Source: the human T2T-CHM13v2.0 reference genome, Homo sapiens. Taken from it: a stretch of DNA of 64,000 nucleotides. Location: assembly GCF_009914755.1 (NCBI RefSeq), contig NC_060932.1; one strand, given 5' to 3'. The translations under genes were made by a program, and so were the position numbers. Below are positions 12,549 through 27,143 of this stretch, piece by piece. The notes beneath the pieces were generated by a model. It did no database searches and was not told where the DNA came from. It worked only from the letters and a program-made list of their open reading frames with translations. Position 1 is the stretch's first letter, and each line of letters begins with the position of its first letter.

Positions 12549-13619
12549 GTAGTGAAAACAAACTTATAATTATACTAATTTATAATTATATCAGTTATTG
12601 AAAAATATCTAATAAAATGAGCTAACTAAAGGAGTGAATGCACTTTTAAAAAGATGATGTAAGTTTCGATGGCCATTGATTTTTTTTTTTTTCTGTCAAT
12701 GTCTATTGGTTTAAATAGTTCTCTTACCTCATTTCTTTTCCAACATTATTTCAAGTTCCAGTACAGGGCCTCTTTGCTGCTGCTCGACTGAGTGCTTTAG
12801 GTGTATTGCTACTTAATTCTGGATTTAGTTTCCTCCCTAAAAATGAAAATAGACAATGGAATCTCTAAAATTATTTTCTCATCTAAAATTGTCATGATTC
12901 TACAGGCAAGGTTATTATACTTATCTGATATTACTAATTGGAACCTTCTTGTTTCCCATGGAGTTTCTTCAATTACTATAGGTGTTTGTTGAGATATAGA
13001 GTAAGATTACAAACAAGAAAAGAGAAAGTAGAGGAGATAGCTTCCTCCTGTCTTTACCTATGACATACAATCAAAGGAAATTTAAAATAGTTATCTTTGA
13101 AAGATGGGATAAGGATTGAGTTTTTTTATGTGCAACTATTAATACCTTAAGGTAAAATCTGAAAGCTGAAATTTAGTATACATTTATGAGGTTAAAAATA
13201 TTCTCTTTTTATCTGTTTATACGTATAGAATATCAATTCCAAATCTTTAAGGCTATCTATGGCTTTTGAAGGAAAAAGTACTTAATTGACATTTATGAAT
13301 TCATGTGACTCTATTTTTATCAAAATATTTAAAAATAAGTGTGTTTGATATGATCACAACTTTTGACTGTTTTGCTGACACCATAGGGAAGAACGAAATG
13401 TGTGCTCTATGCTTCCATTTTTTATTACTTTGACTTGGGTTATAAAATAAAATTGTTTGTAATTACCTAACACTCATGCTAACCTACTTTGTGATTATAG
13501 CATACATTATATAAACTAGTCAATGTCTCCACTGAATCTTATGATCCACTCTCATTGCCTTAGTTGTCCTTTTTTAAATAAATTAATCAAATTGGTAACA
13601 AAATGTAACTAAAAAGAGC

Positions 13620-13720
13620 TTGCACCTGTAATCCTAGCTACTTGGGAGGTTGAGTTAAGAGGATTGCTTAAGCTTAGGAGTTTGAGATCTACCTGGGCAA
13701 CATAGCGAGACCCTGTCTCT
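13620..13720 (+). mobile_element. Alu monomer (FLAM_A-like) followed by (TC)n(TA)n
   Basis: cctgtaatcctagctacttgggagg...ctgggcaacatagcgagaccctgtctc. Confidence 0.8.
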
Positions 13721-14214
13721 CTCTCTCCATATATATATATATGTTATATGTATTCTATATATGCATACTTTTATATAAATATATATTTATATTAAACATA
13801 TATAAATATAATACATAAACATATATTTATCACTTTTTCAGTGATCACAACTTCCTGAAAAAAGTGTTAACATTCTCCTTACCTTCTTGTAATACTGGAA
13901 TTTGTTCTGTGCCTTGTAAATTTTAAACCACATTCAGTGGATTTTGTGACTGAAATAAGAAATAATCTCTTTAATGTAGTTTTTAAATGAAGTCCAGGCT
14001 GTAGTACTTAATGATGGTTTTACACCAAGAACCTGGTGTAATTTCATCATTTGTAATTAAGTTTGAATGGGGTAAATAATAAATACAAATTTTCCTCCTG
14101 AAAATGTAGTCATAATTAAAGGTTTTCATAAGTGTATTGTCATATACTTACTCTCGATTTATATAAATGTTTACTAGCCTGATGCACAGTATTTTTTTTT
14201 AATCATTGCACTAG

Positions 14215-14305
14215 ATAAATAGAGGGACCAATACAGTTTTACAGAATAATGTAGTGGCTGGATTTGGAAGAGCAGGATACCGCATTGATGGTGAACCTTG
14301 CCCAG
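14215..14305 (+). CDS. PKHD1L1: PKHD1L1 coding exon (~63), PbH1 region
   Basis: cactAG / CAG|GTAAGT; INRGTNTVLQNNVVAGFGRAGYRIDGEPCPG. Confidence 0.93.
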
Positions 14306-14699
14306 GTAAGTCTTTTAAACCAGGAATCGCTAAAACTAGGAAATAACTTGTACAAAATTGTTAAAATAAATAATTATTGTTTGTTAATTCAATATGTGAT
14401 GTCTTTTCCTTCCGGGCACTGAAATAACTCAACAAGATAAATTATTTCAAGATAACATTGGATCTAAAAAAATAAATAAATAGGTTTCTAAGGAAAACTT
14501 TATTTTCCCAAGTTTATGATCCCAAAACTCCAACGACAACTTGAGTTCTTGATTTGGTTGGTATTGGGACAGTAAGTACCTCATCCCACCACCATTTTTA
14601 AAAAAACGGCACTTATTATAGAGATACATGTTGACATATGCCATTATTTTAACTTCTGCTTTGATAGAATAAATGCTCACTATTCATATGTTAAACCTG

Positions 14700-15400
14700 C
14701 ATGCATCAAAAAGTCAACAAACATGAACAGACACTTCTCAAATATAGATTTCTCTATATTGGATTAGTAAAAATTAAGAGGTAACTGAGCATCTACTCTT
14801 TTGGCAAGGCTGTAGGGAAAGCGAAACATTTACACCTTGCTGGTTGAAGGACAAAACAATATAATCTCTACTTAGGGTAACATGACAACATCTACCAAAA
14901 TCACATGTGCGTTTACCTTTACTCAGTATTTCCACTTCTATGAATCTAGCTAACAGTTGCCTTTACAAACTTAGAAAATTATCTATGAACAAGGTTATTC
15001 ATCACAGCATTGTCTGTACTAGCAGAAAACCGAAAGCCACTTTGTGTCCCGCAATGGTAGAATAGTTATATAAAGCCAGACGATGGAACACTAGACTACT
15101 CGAAGAAAGAAAGCAGAAGAGTTCAATGTATTGATATGAAGAAATCTCTAGAATATTCTTAAGTGCTTACTGGAGAGTGCAAAATAGTTTATATAATACT
15201 ATTTTAGGTATAATACCTATAAAATATGTTTTGTGGAAGAAAGGGAAGGAATCAGAATGTATATGGTATTTGTATTTACATAAGGAAAGTATAAAAATCA
15301 TAGAAAGTAATTGGGAACAAGGAGACTCAGTACTTATAATTGCATACTTTTTAAATAACCTCTATATTTTCAACCAATAATTTATAATAAATAATTACCA
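14700..15400 (+). mobile_element. Old L1M fragment (ORF2 end and 3' UTR-like)
   Basis: catgaacagacacttctcaaa, tttccacttcta, ttattcatcacagcattgt resemble degenerate L1. Confidence 0.5.
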
Positions 15401-16689
15401 GATCAAAAAAGTAAAATACATAATAAATCTGCAGACTTTACCCCTCAAGAAATTTAAAGAAATTTAAAGAAAATGGGACTTTCTTTGAGAAATGTATGTC
15501 CCTTCCAGAGTTGATTTTAAAAGAAAAGTCTCAGTATAGTTACTTTTTAACAGCTTTATTTGGCATGATTTATATAGCATAAATTTCACCTTTTAAAAAA
15601 TATACTAGTTAAAAGTGTATTTATTTTTAAGATTCTTTGAATCAGCATTTTTTTTCTGTCAATTCAAACATTTTTAGACTTAAGCTGGTTTTATTCTTGT
15701 GCAAAATACATTCTGAAGGAATAAAAACTACTTTGTCAACATATTTAAGTGATTCCTTGATATATGCTCTTGTTAAATATTTTAGTTCCCAACCACTTAA
15801 AGTGGCTTTTCTTTGACTTAAAAATTTAAAATATGTAATTTCTTTACAACTTCAATAAAGTTATCCTTATGGATTTTTCAACATCAAAATATCTTTGAAT
15901 ATGAATATTTACTAGTATGTATAATGCTATGTAATGCATTTTTCACTGACTATGTTGGTATTCCTAAATAATTGAGACTATTTATAAGGAGATTTTGGAG
16001 TTATAGCAACTGAAATATGAAACATCACAGAGGAATGAAGAGTTTACGTTCCTGTAATGGTACATCAATTTATTCAATCCATCCTCCAGGCAAGAGTCTG
16101 GGAAACTGGGGATAGTGATATACACTGGGTTCAGGGGTCAAACCCTATTTGTCCATGCATCTATATTGTGTGATTCTAAGGGAGAGAAATGTAAACATCT
16201 TCTTTTAATAATAATAATTTTAATAATGCAGGAAAATTATCAAAACCAGGAAAATCATAAATAAAATGTAAAACCCAATGGACTAGGAAGAAGGGAAAAT
16301 CAGCAGAAGATAAAAGGAAACAGATACCAGGGAACCTGAACAGGAGAGCTGGTATTAAGTACAATTTAGGAGGTGGTGCTGCTCTTTATAGACAATCCTC
16401 CAATTCATGCCTGTGTGGGGAGGGAGTTATTAAGGTTATTGAACTGACTTGGACATAAGTAAAACTTTCATGAAAATCCCCTTTGTTGTATATATTAATA
16501 ATGAGTATAGTTGCCATTTATTGAGAGTATTTGCTAGGCACTGTATGTGGGTTATTTCCTTTCATTTTGAAACAATTCTGAATTAATCATTAAAACTTTT
16601 TACATATGAGGAAACTAAGTTCCTAAAAGGTTAAACAACTTTCCCAAGATAATGCATACACCAATTGTTAAAATATTTAAAGACCACCT

Positions 16690-16985
16690 ATCTCTGTACT
16701 ACCTTCTAGGCTCCAAGAAATGATGGTGAATGAGCTAGGTGCAATGTCTTCTGTCATGAAGCTTACATCTTAGTAGGAGAGAAGAGATGGATAATTCACA
16801 AATAATTAATAATAAAAATATCAAGTGAAAGGAATTTTAATTGTAATGTAAAGTGACTGAGGTATTATATTGTATCAGGTATTTAGGGAAGGTCTTTTAA
16901 GGAAGTGACATTTGACTTGAAAATGGGATGGCCAGAAGGACATAGCAATGGAAAGATGTTCAGGGGAAGCATTTCACAGACAGTA
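16690..16985 (-). mobile_element. L2 fragment
   Basis: catgaagcttacatcttagt...agggaaggtctt...ggaagtgacatttga. Confidence 0.5.
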
Positions 16986-17166
16986 AGCTCTACCAAGTTT
17001 AGGCTTATTTGTATCTAAATCCCATGCTCTTTCCCATTAAATTAATCTTTAATCAGATAAAATAATGTAAGTGTGTTAACACTAAACTTTTGCAAATAAG
17101 TATACAGTTATTTTAAGTAACAGTGAAGAGACTAGTTAGACAAAAGTAAATACTAATTAGAATAAA

Positions 17167-17290
17167 CCAGGCGAGGTGGGGCATGCCTGTAGTCCCAGCT
17201 ACTCAGGAAGCCAAGGCAGGAAGATGGCTTGAGTTTGAGACGAGTTTGAGTAACATAGTGAGACTCCATCTCAAGAACATTTAAAGAAAA
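17167..17290 (+). mobile_element. Alu monomer (FLAM_A-like)
   Basis: gcatgcctgtagtcccagctactcagga...aacatagtgagactccatctc. Confidence 0.8.
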
Positions 17291-17472
17291 ACACTAAATA
17301 GAGTGAACCATAAATGGCAGAGCCATAAAAATATTTGATCATATTAAACCTGATATCAGAATTATGTATGTAATTTTGAAAAGAATTTTGTTAACTTTAA
17401 CTGATACTGCTTATTAAAACTATATGACATGAAATGTAGTGTTCATTCTCTGGTTCTATATTTCCCTCCAAG

Positions 17473-17621
17473 GCCAGTTTAATCCTGTGGAAAAGTGGTT
17501 TGACAATGAAGCCCATGGAGGTTTATATGGGATCTATATGAACCAAGATGGCCTTCCTGGATGTTCTCTTATACAAGGATTTACCATTTGGACATGCTGG
17601 GATTATGGAATTTATTTTCAG
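17473..17621 (+). CDS. PKHD1L1: PKHD1L1 coding exon (~64)
   Basis: ccctccaAG / CAG|GTAATT; GQFNPVEKWFDNEAHGGLYGIYMNQDG...WDYGIYFQ. Confidence 0.93.
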
Positions 17622-17703
17622 GTAATTATGATTAAAGATGGTGATTGTTTATTTTCTTTTATGATTGTCCTTAGTATTATGTAACCTGCAAATTCTATTG
17701 CAG

Positions 17704-17826
17704 ACCACAGAGAGTGTGCACATTTATAATGTGACCCTGGTTGACAATGGAATGGCCATTTTTCCAATGATTTACATGCCAGCTGCTATATCACACAAAA
17801 TTTCCAGTAAAAATGTACAAATTAAG
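17704..17826 (+). CDS. PKHD1L1: PKHD1L1 coding exon (~65)
   Basis: follows an 82-nt intron; ttgcAG / AAG|GTAAGA; TTESVHIYNVTLVDNGMAIFPMIYMPAAISHKISSKNVQIK. Confidence 0.92.
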
Positions 17827-17984
17827 GTAAGAAATTAATACAGCCACACCATGGAGAAAAAAATAACTTGGAGAAGGGTGGAATTTCTGAAGGACTAATA
17901 AGAATAATCTCCTTAACTTCTATCTCTGTCTCGCCCACACCTCCCTGCCTTTGTTCCCACTGCCCTCTGCCTAAAAAACCGTTC

Positions 17985-18278
<294 letters not shown>

Positions 18279-18645
18279 AAAAAAGCTGTTCATTCTTATC
18301 TCTCCTCCTCCCTTCCCTCTTCTTGCTTATCACCTGCTAATCTTGAAATAGTTAAATTTTCACTCCCTCTATGAAGTTTTTTCTGAGCCAGTTTAGGTGG
18401 TAATGACACTTCCTCCACTTTTTTGTGCCTACTGTTCCCTGGATGTATTTATCACAGAAACATAACATGTCCTTATATGTAATTATTTACATGTCTGTCT
18501 TCCCTCTCCTATTCTTAGTGCTTTTCCAGTTGGGGTAGCAACCTTTTTCATCTTTGTTTAATGAATGATCCACTTTTTGAATTTATAGTTTGCATTTTAT
18601 TTACTACAGTAGAATTTAGTACTATTCATTATCATGTTTTCTTTT

Positions 18646-18954
<309 letters not shown>

Positions 18955-19015
18955 CATGTTTTCTTTTAGTAAGAGCTATTATTAATGCTATATTGTTTGG
19001 CTTATTTCCAAACAG

Positions 19016-19127
19016 AGCTCATTAATTGTTGGAAGTAGCCCTGGGTTTAATTGCTCTGATGTCCTAACTAATGATGATCCTAATATTGAACTCACTGCTG
19101 CTCATCGGAGTCCTAGATCTCCATCAG
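19016..19127 (+). CDS. PKHD1L1: PKHD1L1 coding exon (~66)
   Basis: ccaaacAG / CAG|GTGAAA; [38 protein letters not shown]. Confidence 0.92.
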
Positions 19128-19208
19128 GTGAAAAATTTGAAACTTTAATGTTGTTGTTCATATGAGTGCATATTCAATTTTCATTAACTTTTTCTTTTTT
19201 GGTAAAAG

Positions 19209-19325
19209 GTGGGAGAAGTGGGATTTGTTGGCCTACCTTTGCTTCAGCTCATAACATGGCACCCCGAAAGCCCCATGCAGGAATCATGAGTTACAATGCC
19301 ATCAGTGGCCTTTTGGACATCTCAG
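19209..19325 (+). CDS. PKHD1L1: PKHD1L1 coding exon (~67), ends at a GC donor
   Basis: follows an 81-nt intron; ggtaaaAG acceptor, CAG|GCAAGT donor; GGRSGICWPTFASAHNMAPRKPHAGIMSYNAISGLLDISG; this donor keeps frame with exon 24902. Confidence 0.88.
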
Positions 19326-19599
19326 GCAAGTACACAGTCTTTTACAAATCTTCTCAATTAATTTCTGTAAAGAATATGTAGAGGATAACTAATAATGTTT
19401 CATTGTTAGTAAAAATGATTTAAGTGAATTTTTATAGCAATCTGCTCAATATGACAAAGAAATCAGACATCAGAGTCAATTTTGAGAATGGTTTCTTGGC
19501 AGGATTCTTATACTGTATGTTGAAGAATTGATGTTAAATTTTCCTTCTAAAACAACAACAAAACACTGGCATTTGTGATTTAATATTAATTTGTATAAT

Positions 19600-19780
19600 T
19601 TGTAAATGCCCTTTCATGTAAGTAGGATTATATATTATCATCCCTTTTTAAAATTGAAGAACCTTAAGCTCAAAGAACTTAGTGCCTGGCCAAATTCCCA
19701 CAGCTATTGGCACAGCTAGGATTAGAATCAAAATCTTCTGATTCAAACTCCACTGCTCTTTCACTGAACCAGGATGGCTG
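19600..19780 (-). mobile_element. MIR fragment
   Basis: attatcatcccttttt...aagctcaaaga...cacagcta...gctaggattagaatca...tctgattcaaactcc. Confidence 0.55.
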
Positions 19781-20950
19781 CTTAGAAATGTAAAATAATT
19801 ATATATAAATTAATGTAGTAAACACATCAATTATTTTCATTTGGCCTATTAAATAACACTGTGCATTTCCTGTTTTAATGGAGCAAGTGTCCCTTCCAGG
19901 ATAATTTTAACCAGTGTCTCTGAAGAAAGTAGTTCAGTAAGTTAGACATCTAAGTTTTAACATATTCTTTCTCACAGCTTTAGATCCCAGAAATGTGAAA
20001 CAAATTAGCAACACTTTTAAGTGTTAATTGCAATGCTCATACCCTTGGAGGAAATTGTATAACATGCTACATAGGTTGTAATTGAACATATATGGCTTTT
20101 AATAAATAATATGCTCCAGAATATTATAAATATCATGTGACAATGAAACTGCCCTTATGAAATGAAGCCTTAAGATTGAAATTTATTGAAAGAACATTAA
20201 TAACTATTATTCTTTCATAAGATATAGTCTTTTAAAATAACATATAAAAGTTGGTTGACTGAGATTCACTAGAAACAGCCTTAGATGAGGACTTTCATAT
20301 TAGTGGCTTCTTGGAACACCTAGTAGAAAGGGAAGGAAGAGAACAGGGCAAGGGAAGTTGCTAAGCAAGGATGTGATATGAGCTGAAGGGCAGCTATACT
20401 TGATGCCACTGGGAAACTCTAGAGTGTAAGTTAAAATTGCCACGGAGTTGATCCCACATCTGGTGAGGTGGGTAGGGGACGGAAGTCATTTGTATCCCCA
20501 TGTTAGTTTTTGGTTACAGCTGCCCCTATGGGGAGGACCTTGATTTCCCGGGTATGTGGCTCCTTTTTGGCTAAGCTAATTGTCTGGGAAAAGGGAGATT
20601 TGTTAACAGCCAATATTCAAAGAGATGAGAGATGGGTGTACCAGCCTGTATCCACTTTAGTCCTCTCTTGGGACTACTGGGATCTACTTGCTTTCTTCAT
20701 TGTTAGTTATATTAAGTTATATATGATTTCTCCAAGATTCTGCATGGTCACAATTTTTGGGAAAAACTTTAAGAAGAGGTTTGGTGGTCACCCTGCCATA
20801 GCTGGTCCCTAAACCATAAATGATACTCATCATCTCTCTCATCCATCACCCTTTCTAAATTTCTGTCTTCCTTGGTTAACACTTCTGCTTGTCAAGATGG
20901 CTTGCCTGGTAGAATGGCTCAGACCCTCATTCCTGTTATAAATAGGCCCC

Positions 20951-21227
20951 TGGTCCATGGTGGCTCATGCCTGTAATCCCAGCACTTTGGAAGGCCAAGG
21001 TGGATGAATCATGAGGTCAGGAGTTCAAGACCAGTTTGGCCAACATGGTGAAACCCCGACTCTACTAAAAATACAAAAAAAAAAAAAAAAAAACCTAGCT
21101 GGGCATAATCCCAGCTACTTGTAAGGCTGAGGCAGGAGAATTGCTTGAAACTGGGAGGCGGAGGTTGCAGTGAGCCGAGATCACACAACTGTACTCCAGC
21201 CTGGGCAACAGAGTAAAACTCTGTCTC

Positions 21228-21253
<26 letters not shown>
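20951..21253 (+). mobile_element. Alu (AluS-type, expanded central A tract, small deletion in right arm)
   Basis: Dimer with long poly-A tail. Confidence 0.92.
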
Positions 21254-21258
<5 letters not shown>

Positions 21259-22602
21259 TGGTTTCTGTGCCCTTATGAAGCCATGACTTCTGTACTTGCC
21301 ATTTTACAACTAACAGTGGGCATATACCCCAGTGGATCATGTGAGTGCATCCTGCCTTCATTCTATAGAATAGGCCTACCTCTGCATGGTGATCAGGATC
21401 AGTTACTTCTGCCAGGTGGTAAATGCCTTCTTTGTCTGACGAGAAGCCTGAAGTGACAATGAGGTAGGTATAACTTTATTTTTATTGAGTCACTTACTGT
21501 ATGTCCTGCTGAAACACTTCTCATCTGGGAACTATGACCTCCAGACTCATAGAACCTAAAATTTTAGTATTGGAAGCACAAGTTTCCCAAGTGAACTTCC
21601 AGGGATAATGGTGAAAACAGTTACTCCTACTTCTTGCCTTTGGTACCAGCACCCATGTATTCTATATTTTTGATATTTACCACCATATAATGCCCTTTGT
21701 TTTAGGTTAATAACACATTTTTTGCAGGTTGTCATTTCCAAAGTTGACACGTCAGCTGTGCCTTCAAGAATCTATTCCACCAGTCTTTTGGGGTGACATT
21801 CTCCAGATGCTATATTGTATGATTGGAGCAATTCTTCCATGGTGATTCCATTGTCTTATGCTCACCCCTGTACCTATTTTGTCGAACGTGAGTTCTTTAG
21901 TCCAGGGTGATGTTATGCAGGAGCCCGTGCCATTAGATCACTTTGTGAGTCCTAGTATGGTGGTGCTAACTGAAGCCCTATAAGAAAGGAAAACTCACAC
22001 CAGGAATACATGTCAGTACTACTCAGCATGAATTGTTACCTTTTCCAGGGTGGAATAAATCTGATGTCGCCAACTTTAATTTAAGTAATTGTTTGATTTC
22101 CTGAGGAATGGTAGTATACTAAAGACTACATTTTAATTTCTGTGCCAGGCAATTTGGGTCAGACATTATGTAGTAGAAGTAGCTCCACTAACATTGGAAA
22201 GAAGGTGTCCATACTGTTGGATCCATGCATAGCCTCCATCTTCACCAAAAAGGCTACTCAGTTCATAAGCTGATTTTGTAAGGGCTGGGGTGTCTGAGGA
22301 CAGAGATTAACTGATATTTGTTGGACAAATCATCCTGCCCATTTGGTTTTTCAGGTACTCTTCTGTATTGAATGCTTATTGGTGGGAAATAGCATGCCTT
22401 TTATACCCATTTTGACATGTCTATCCACATATTTTTTCCTGAACATCCAGTCTACTTCCTTCCAGGCCCCTTACCAACCAGCTAAGCCACTCATCACTAC
22501 CCAGGAGTCCATATTTATCCTTACCTTAGATCAGTTCTCTCTCCACAAAAAGTAGGTGACCCTGTGTACTACCCAAATTTCTTTTAATTGGAAAGATCTT
22601 CC

Positions 22603-22643
22603 CACACCACACCACACCACACCACACCATACCACACCACACT
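22603..22643. repeat. (CACCA)n pentanucleotide repeat
   Basis: Direct reading. Confidence 0.9.
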
Positions 22644-23577
22644 CATTCAAGGCCACCTCTGAGTTGGGCTGAAATGCATTGGAATTATGTAATACATCCA
22701 ATATAATACATGCAATTTCAATATTCCCATTTTTGAGCCTTTGACCTGCATTTTTCTCACAACATGTCATGGAAATTTGGGCATTTCTACTTAATGTGGG
22801 CCATCACTATTTCCAAGCTTCTAAAAGTCATTCCAGCAACATATTAAAACTGGCCATACTAGTGTATAATTCCCTTGGAACAGGTCCTGTGGAAGATAAG
22901 ATTTGTCTTGTAAGGCTCTGTTGAGGTCCCTGATGATTTCAAGCAAGCAGAGCAGGAAGTTACTTTCTAATAAGAAGGAATATACCAGTTATACACATCC
23001 AGAGCATTCAGCACATTCTGAGACTTCAGGGTCCAAGTGGCTCTTCCCACATATCTCCAACTAACTTAGCATCGCACTTTGTTTCTGTCAGGGCCTTTGA
23101 TGTAGGGGATTTGGTAGGTCTCAGAACCCAACCATCTCTTAAGTTGTAAGGTTCCTCTGATCTTACACTTAGATCCTGAGATTTGCTTTGAATGTGTGAA
23201 TAACCACCATAGTTTCCTTTTCTTTCTTCAAAGCATTAATAAAGTAGAAGCAGAAATGGAATTCTTATGCAAGTGGCTTATTGAAGGTATGCTCTCAGGA
23301 GAAAGGGAGTGAAAGAAGTATTAGAATAGGGCAGAGGAAGGAGCTAAGCAAAGATATGACCTCAGCTGAAGTTCAGCTTCTTCTACCTGAAACTTCAGAG
23401 AGCTGTGGAGTATAAATTGTGCCAAATATTTTTCCCACATTGAGGCAAAAGGTTCTTCCATATCTCTTGTCAGTTAGTTAGGCATAGCTACTTGTGGTAA
23501 TGGACGGGAGTACATAATCTCTCAGGTGAGGGAACTCTCAAGTGGCTAAACGCAATTCTTTAGAGAAGACAGCAGCT

Positions 23578-23901
<324 letters not shown>

Positions 23902-24264
23902 AGAAGACCGCAGCTATGGGTGGTTTGCAGCCAATACTTATAGGAGGAACTAGGGGTTGGGTGCACTGGCCCAGTAAAGGAGATCTGGGCAGGGCACAAA
24001 CAGCATCTGCTACTGTGATATTTTCTTAATACTAATCTACAGGTTTGTATTCCTGTATATAGACTCTTCTTAGGAGAAAATATAATTAAGAAGGGGCATA
24101 GATAAAACATAACTGATTTAAGAATTTTAGAGGTCACCTTTTGCTTTTCTGTTTAGAGTTATTGGATTTTAAGTATAATGGAGATTAAGTTTTTGGATCC
24201 AATCAATTTTCTCTTTTAGCCACATAATATATACAAAGAAGCCAAGGGAAAAATAGTGGTTCAT

Positions 24265-24785
24265 TTATCTTAGCTGGATAACAAACAACCCCCCAAATTT
24301 AGAGACTTTAAACAACCATTTAGCTCATGATTCTGTGGATTGTCAATTTGGGCTTTGTTCAGCTGGATGGTTTTTCTACTGGTCTCACCTGGTCTTGTCC
24401 ATTAGGTGCCATCAGTTTACAGGATGGCTATGGGCTGGTTAGTCTAGGATAGCCTTACTTCCATGACTGGAGGTTGGTGCTTGCTGACAGTTGGTGCTGG
24501 CCATTAGCTGGGGCGATAGGAGTGATAGAGCCACATGTATCCCAGGCTTACTCATATGTTGGAAGTCACAGAATTCCCTGGAACACTAAGAAAGAGCAAG
24601 CTCCAATATGCAAGCACTCTCCAGATCTCTGTTTATGCCATGATTGCTATTGTCCCATTGGCCAAACCAAGTTACATGGCCAAGCCCGGAGAAAATATGG
24701 GAGATCATTACCCAGTGATATGGATATTGATATTGGGAGGCAACAGGCTACAACAAATAGTGGTAGACTTATTTACCATATCAGG
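24265..24785 (-). mobile_element. MLT1-family MaLR LTR
   Basis: ataacaaacaaccccccaaatttag...aaacaaccatttagctcatgattctgtgg...gggc. Confidence 0.65.
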
Positions 24786-24901
24786 CAAGAGCTCCATGTT
24801 TAAGGTAGTGACAAAAGATGTGTTTGGCAGAATGTGCATTAAATCTGATTTTATCACTTTCTTTAGAGAAAATAATCACTTATCTATTATTTATGTTTTA
24901 G

Positions 24902-25067
24902 GTTCAACATTTGTTGGATTTAAGAATGTTTGTTCAGGGGAAACTAATGTTATATTCATTACTAACCCTTTAAATGAGGATTTACAGCATCCAATCCATG
25001 TGAAGAATATAAAACTGGTTGATACCACTGAACAATCAAAAATATTTATACATAGGCCTGATATAAG
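24902..25067 (+). CDS. PKHD1L1: PKHD1L1 coding exon (~68)
   Basis: gttttAG / AAG|GTAAAA; GSTFVGFKNVCSGETNVIFITNPLNEDLQHPI...FIHRPDIS. Confidence 0.93.
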
Positions 25068-25387
25068 GTAAAATACATAAAAATTGTGGTTTTTCTATCT
25101 TTATAGTTTTTCATTCTCACTTCCTCCTGCTCAAGATCTGAGAAAGTTGGCATATTAAAATAACTGCCAGTTTTTATGATACTTTAATGAGCATTATGAA
25201 AATTAAGACCATTTAATAATGTAAATCTAAATGTTCTCAGATGAGTTTTTAAAACTGGGCTTTAATATATATGTTTTCTCCCATTGCTTTTTTTGTGTGT
25301 GAATCATCAATAACATCATCATTGTTAAATATGAAAGCTATAGATGGGGTCTGAAGTGTGTTATACATTAATATCTTTCCATTTAGA

Positions 25388-25757
<370 letters not shown>

Positions 25758-26191
25758 ACAATTTTTTTGTTTGTTTCTCCAATGACAGTCATTAATAGAT
25801 AAGAGATATCTCTTATTATTTCTTCCATTTTTCTTACCCTTTTTGGTTACCTATTGCTTCCAAAATATCCTATCACAGGTACCCCAAATGTGCTTGGAAA
25901 TTAAATGTCAGCCATTATAATCACTGTGATTATAAATACACATAAACTTAGAACAATGATTTTCTGATCACAAAGGTCAGTTGGTGTCAGGACATTTCCA
26001 GAAGCGATCATTTAGATTCTAAGCCGTAGAATAATATATCTAATAATTCCTACTTTTTATTAGAAGTACAGACCAGAAATTTAGATATAAGACAATACTG
26101 GAGGCAGAAAAAATTTTATTACTGATCTTTGACCATTTTCAGCTTAGGGGAAGAGAAAAGGAATTATGTTCTGTATTTAAATAGGCATCTT

Positions 26192-26489
26192 AGCCAGTCA
26201 TTGTGGCTAGTGCCTGTAATCTCAGAATTTTGGGAGGCTGAGGCAGGAGGATTGCTTGAGCCCAGGAGTTTGAGGCCAGCCTGGGCAACATAGGGAGATA
26301 CCATCTCTACAAAAAATTAAAAAATAAAAATTAGCTGGGTGTGGTGGTGTACACCTGTGGTCCTAGCTACTCAGGAGGCTGAGGCAGGAGGATTGCTTGA
26401 GCCCAGGAGGTTGAGGCTGCAGTCAGCTGTGATCACACCACTGCACTTCAGCTTGGGCAACACAGTGAGACCCTGTCTCAGAAAAAAAG
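26192..26489 (+). mobile_element. AluJ-like
   Basis: ggaggattgcttgagcccaggag in both arms; degenerate TSD taggcatct / taggcacct. Confidence 0.9.
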
Positions 26490-26749
26490 TAGGCACCTCT
26501 TCAGATAAATATAATATTTCATAAATTGTTTGACTTCATCTGATTTTGCTTTGCTGACAGCCCAATGCTTACTCATTTAATTATTGTTGAATTCAGTGTT
26601 TGGGGGGTCAACAGAGCCCCTCTTCAGTAGGCAGTTATTAGCTCTTATTTAGTTGTCACTGAATCTTTCAGATTCAACATATAATTTTAGTTTCTAAGTC
26701 CTGAAGAAAATACCACGTTTTCAAATATGATTTTTCTGAGTTCTGTGCT

Positions 26750-27143
26750 TGCAGGCGATGCCATCAGTGCTCTCCCAGATCTTTAGGGGCAGTGTACCCA
26801 GCCCCCAAATGTTCTCAGTGTTGGCAAATAACAACCCATGGCTTTTCAGAACTTTGCTCTTAGCCAAATAGAACTAGCCGTAGGAGTCCAAAGTGCTCCC
26901 TCCCACCAGCCTGCAGTCCCTGTAAAATGACTGACTGATTCAGGAGTACAAGACTGGCTGCTTTGTCTTAAGGTGGCAAAAACTCTGCTGTGCGGTTCAT
27001 ATGCCAGAGGTTTTCATGGGATCAGATTATAGCTAGTGGATAAACCACTTCTCTTCTCCCCCTTTTGAGAGGATTCTTTTGCTAATTTACTTGAACAAAA
27101 ATCCATATCTCAGGCTTTATTTCTTGGGAACCTAGACTAAGAG
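26750..27143 (+). mobile_element. Solo LTR16-like ERVL LTR
   Basis: Starts gatgccatcagtgctctcccagatc, ends atctcaggcttt...ttcttgggaacctagactaaga. Confidence 0.55.

Noticed and set aside
24535-25071. 178-aa ORF as an LTR-driven alternative start of PKHD1L1
   Set aside because: Only the last ~55 codons are the real exon. The upstream part is a chance open frame in an MLT1 LTR that appears antisense to the gene.
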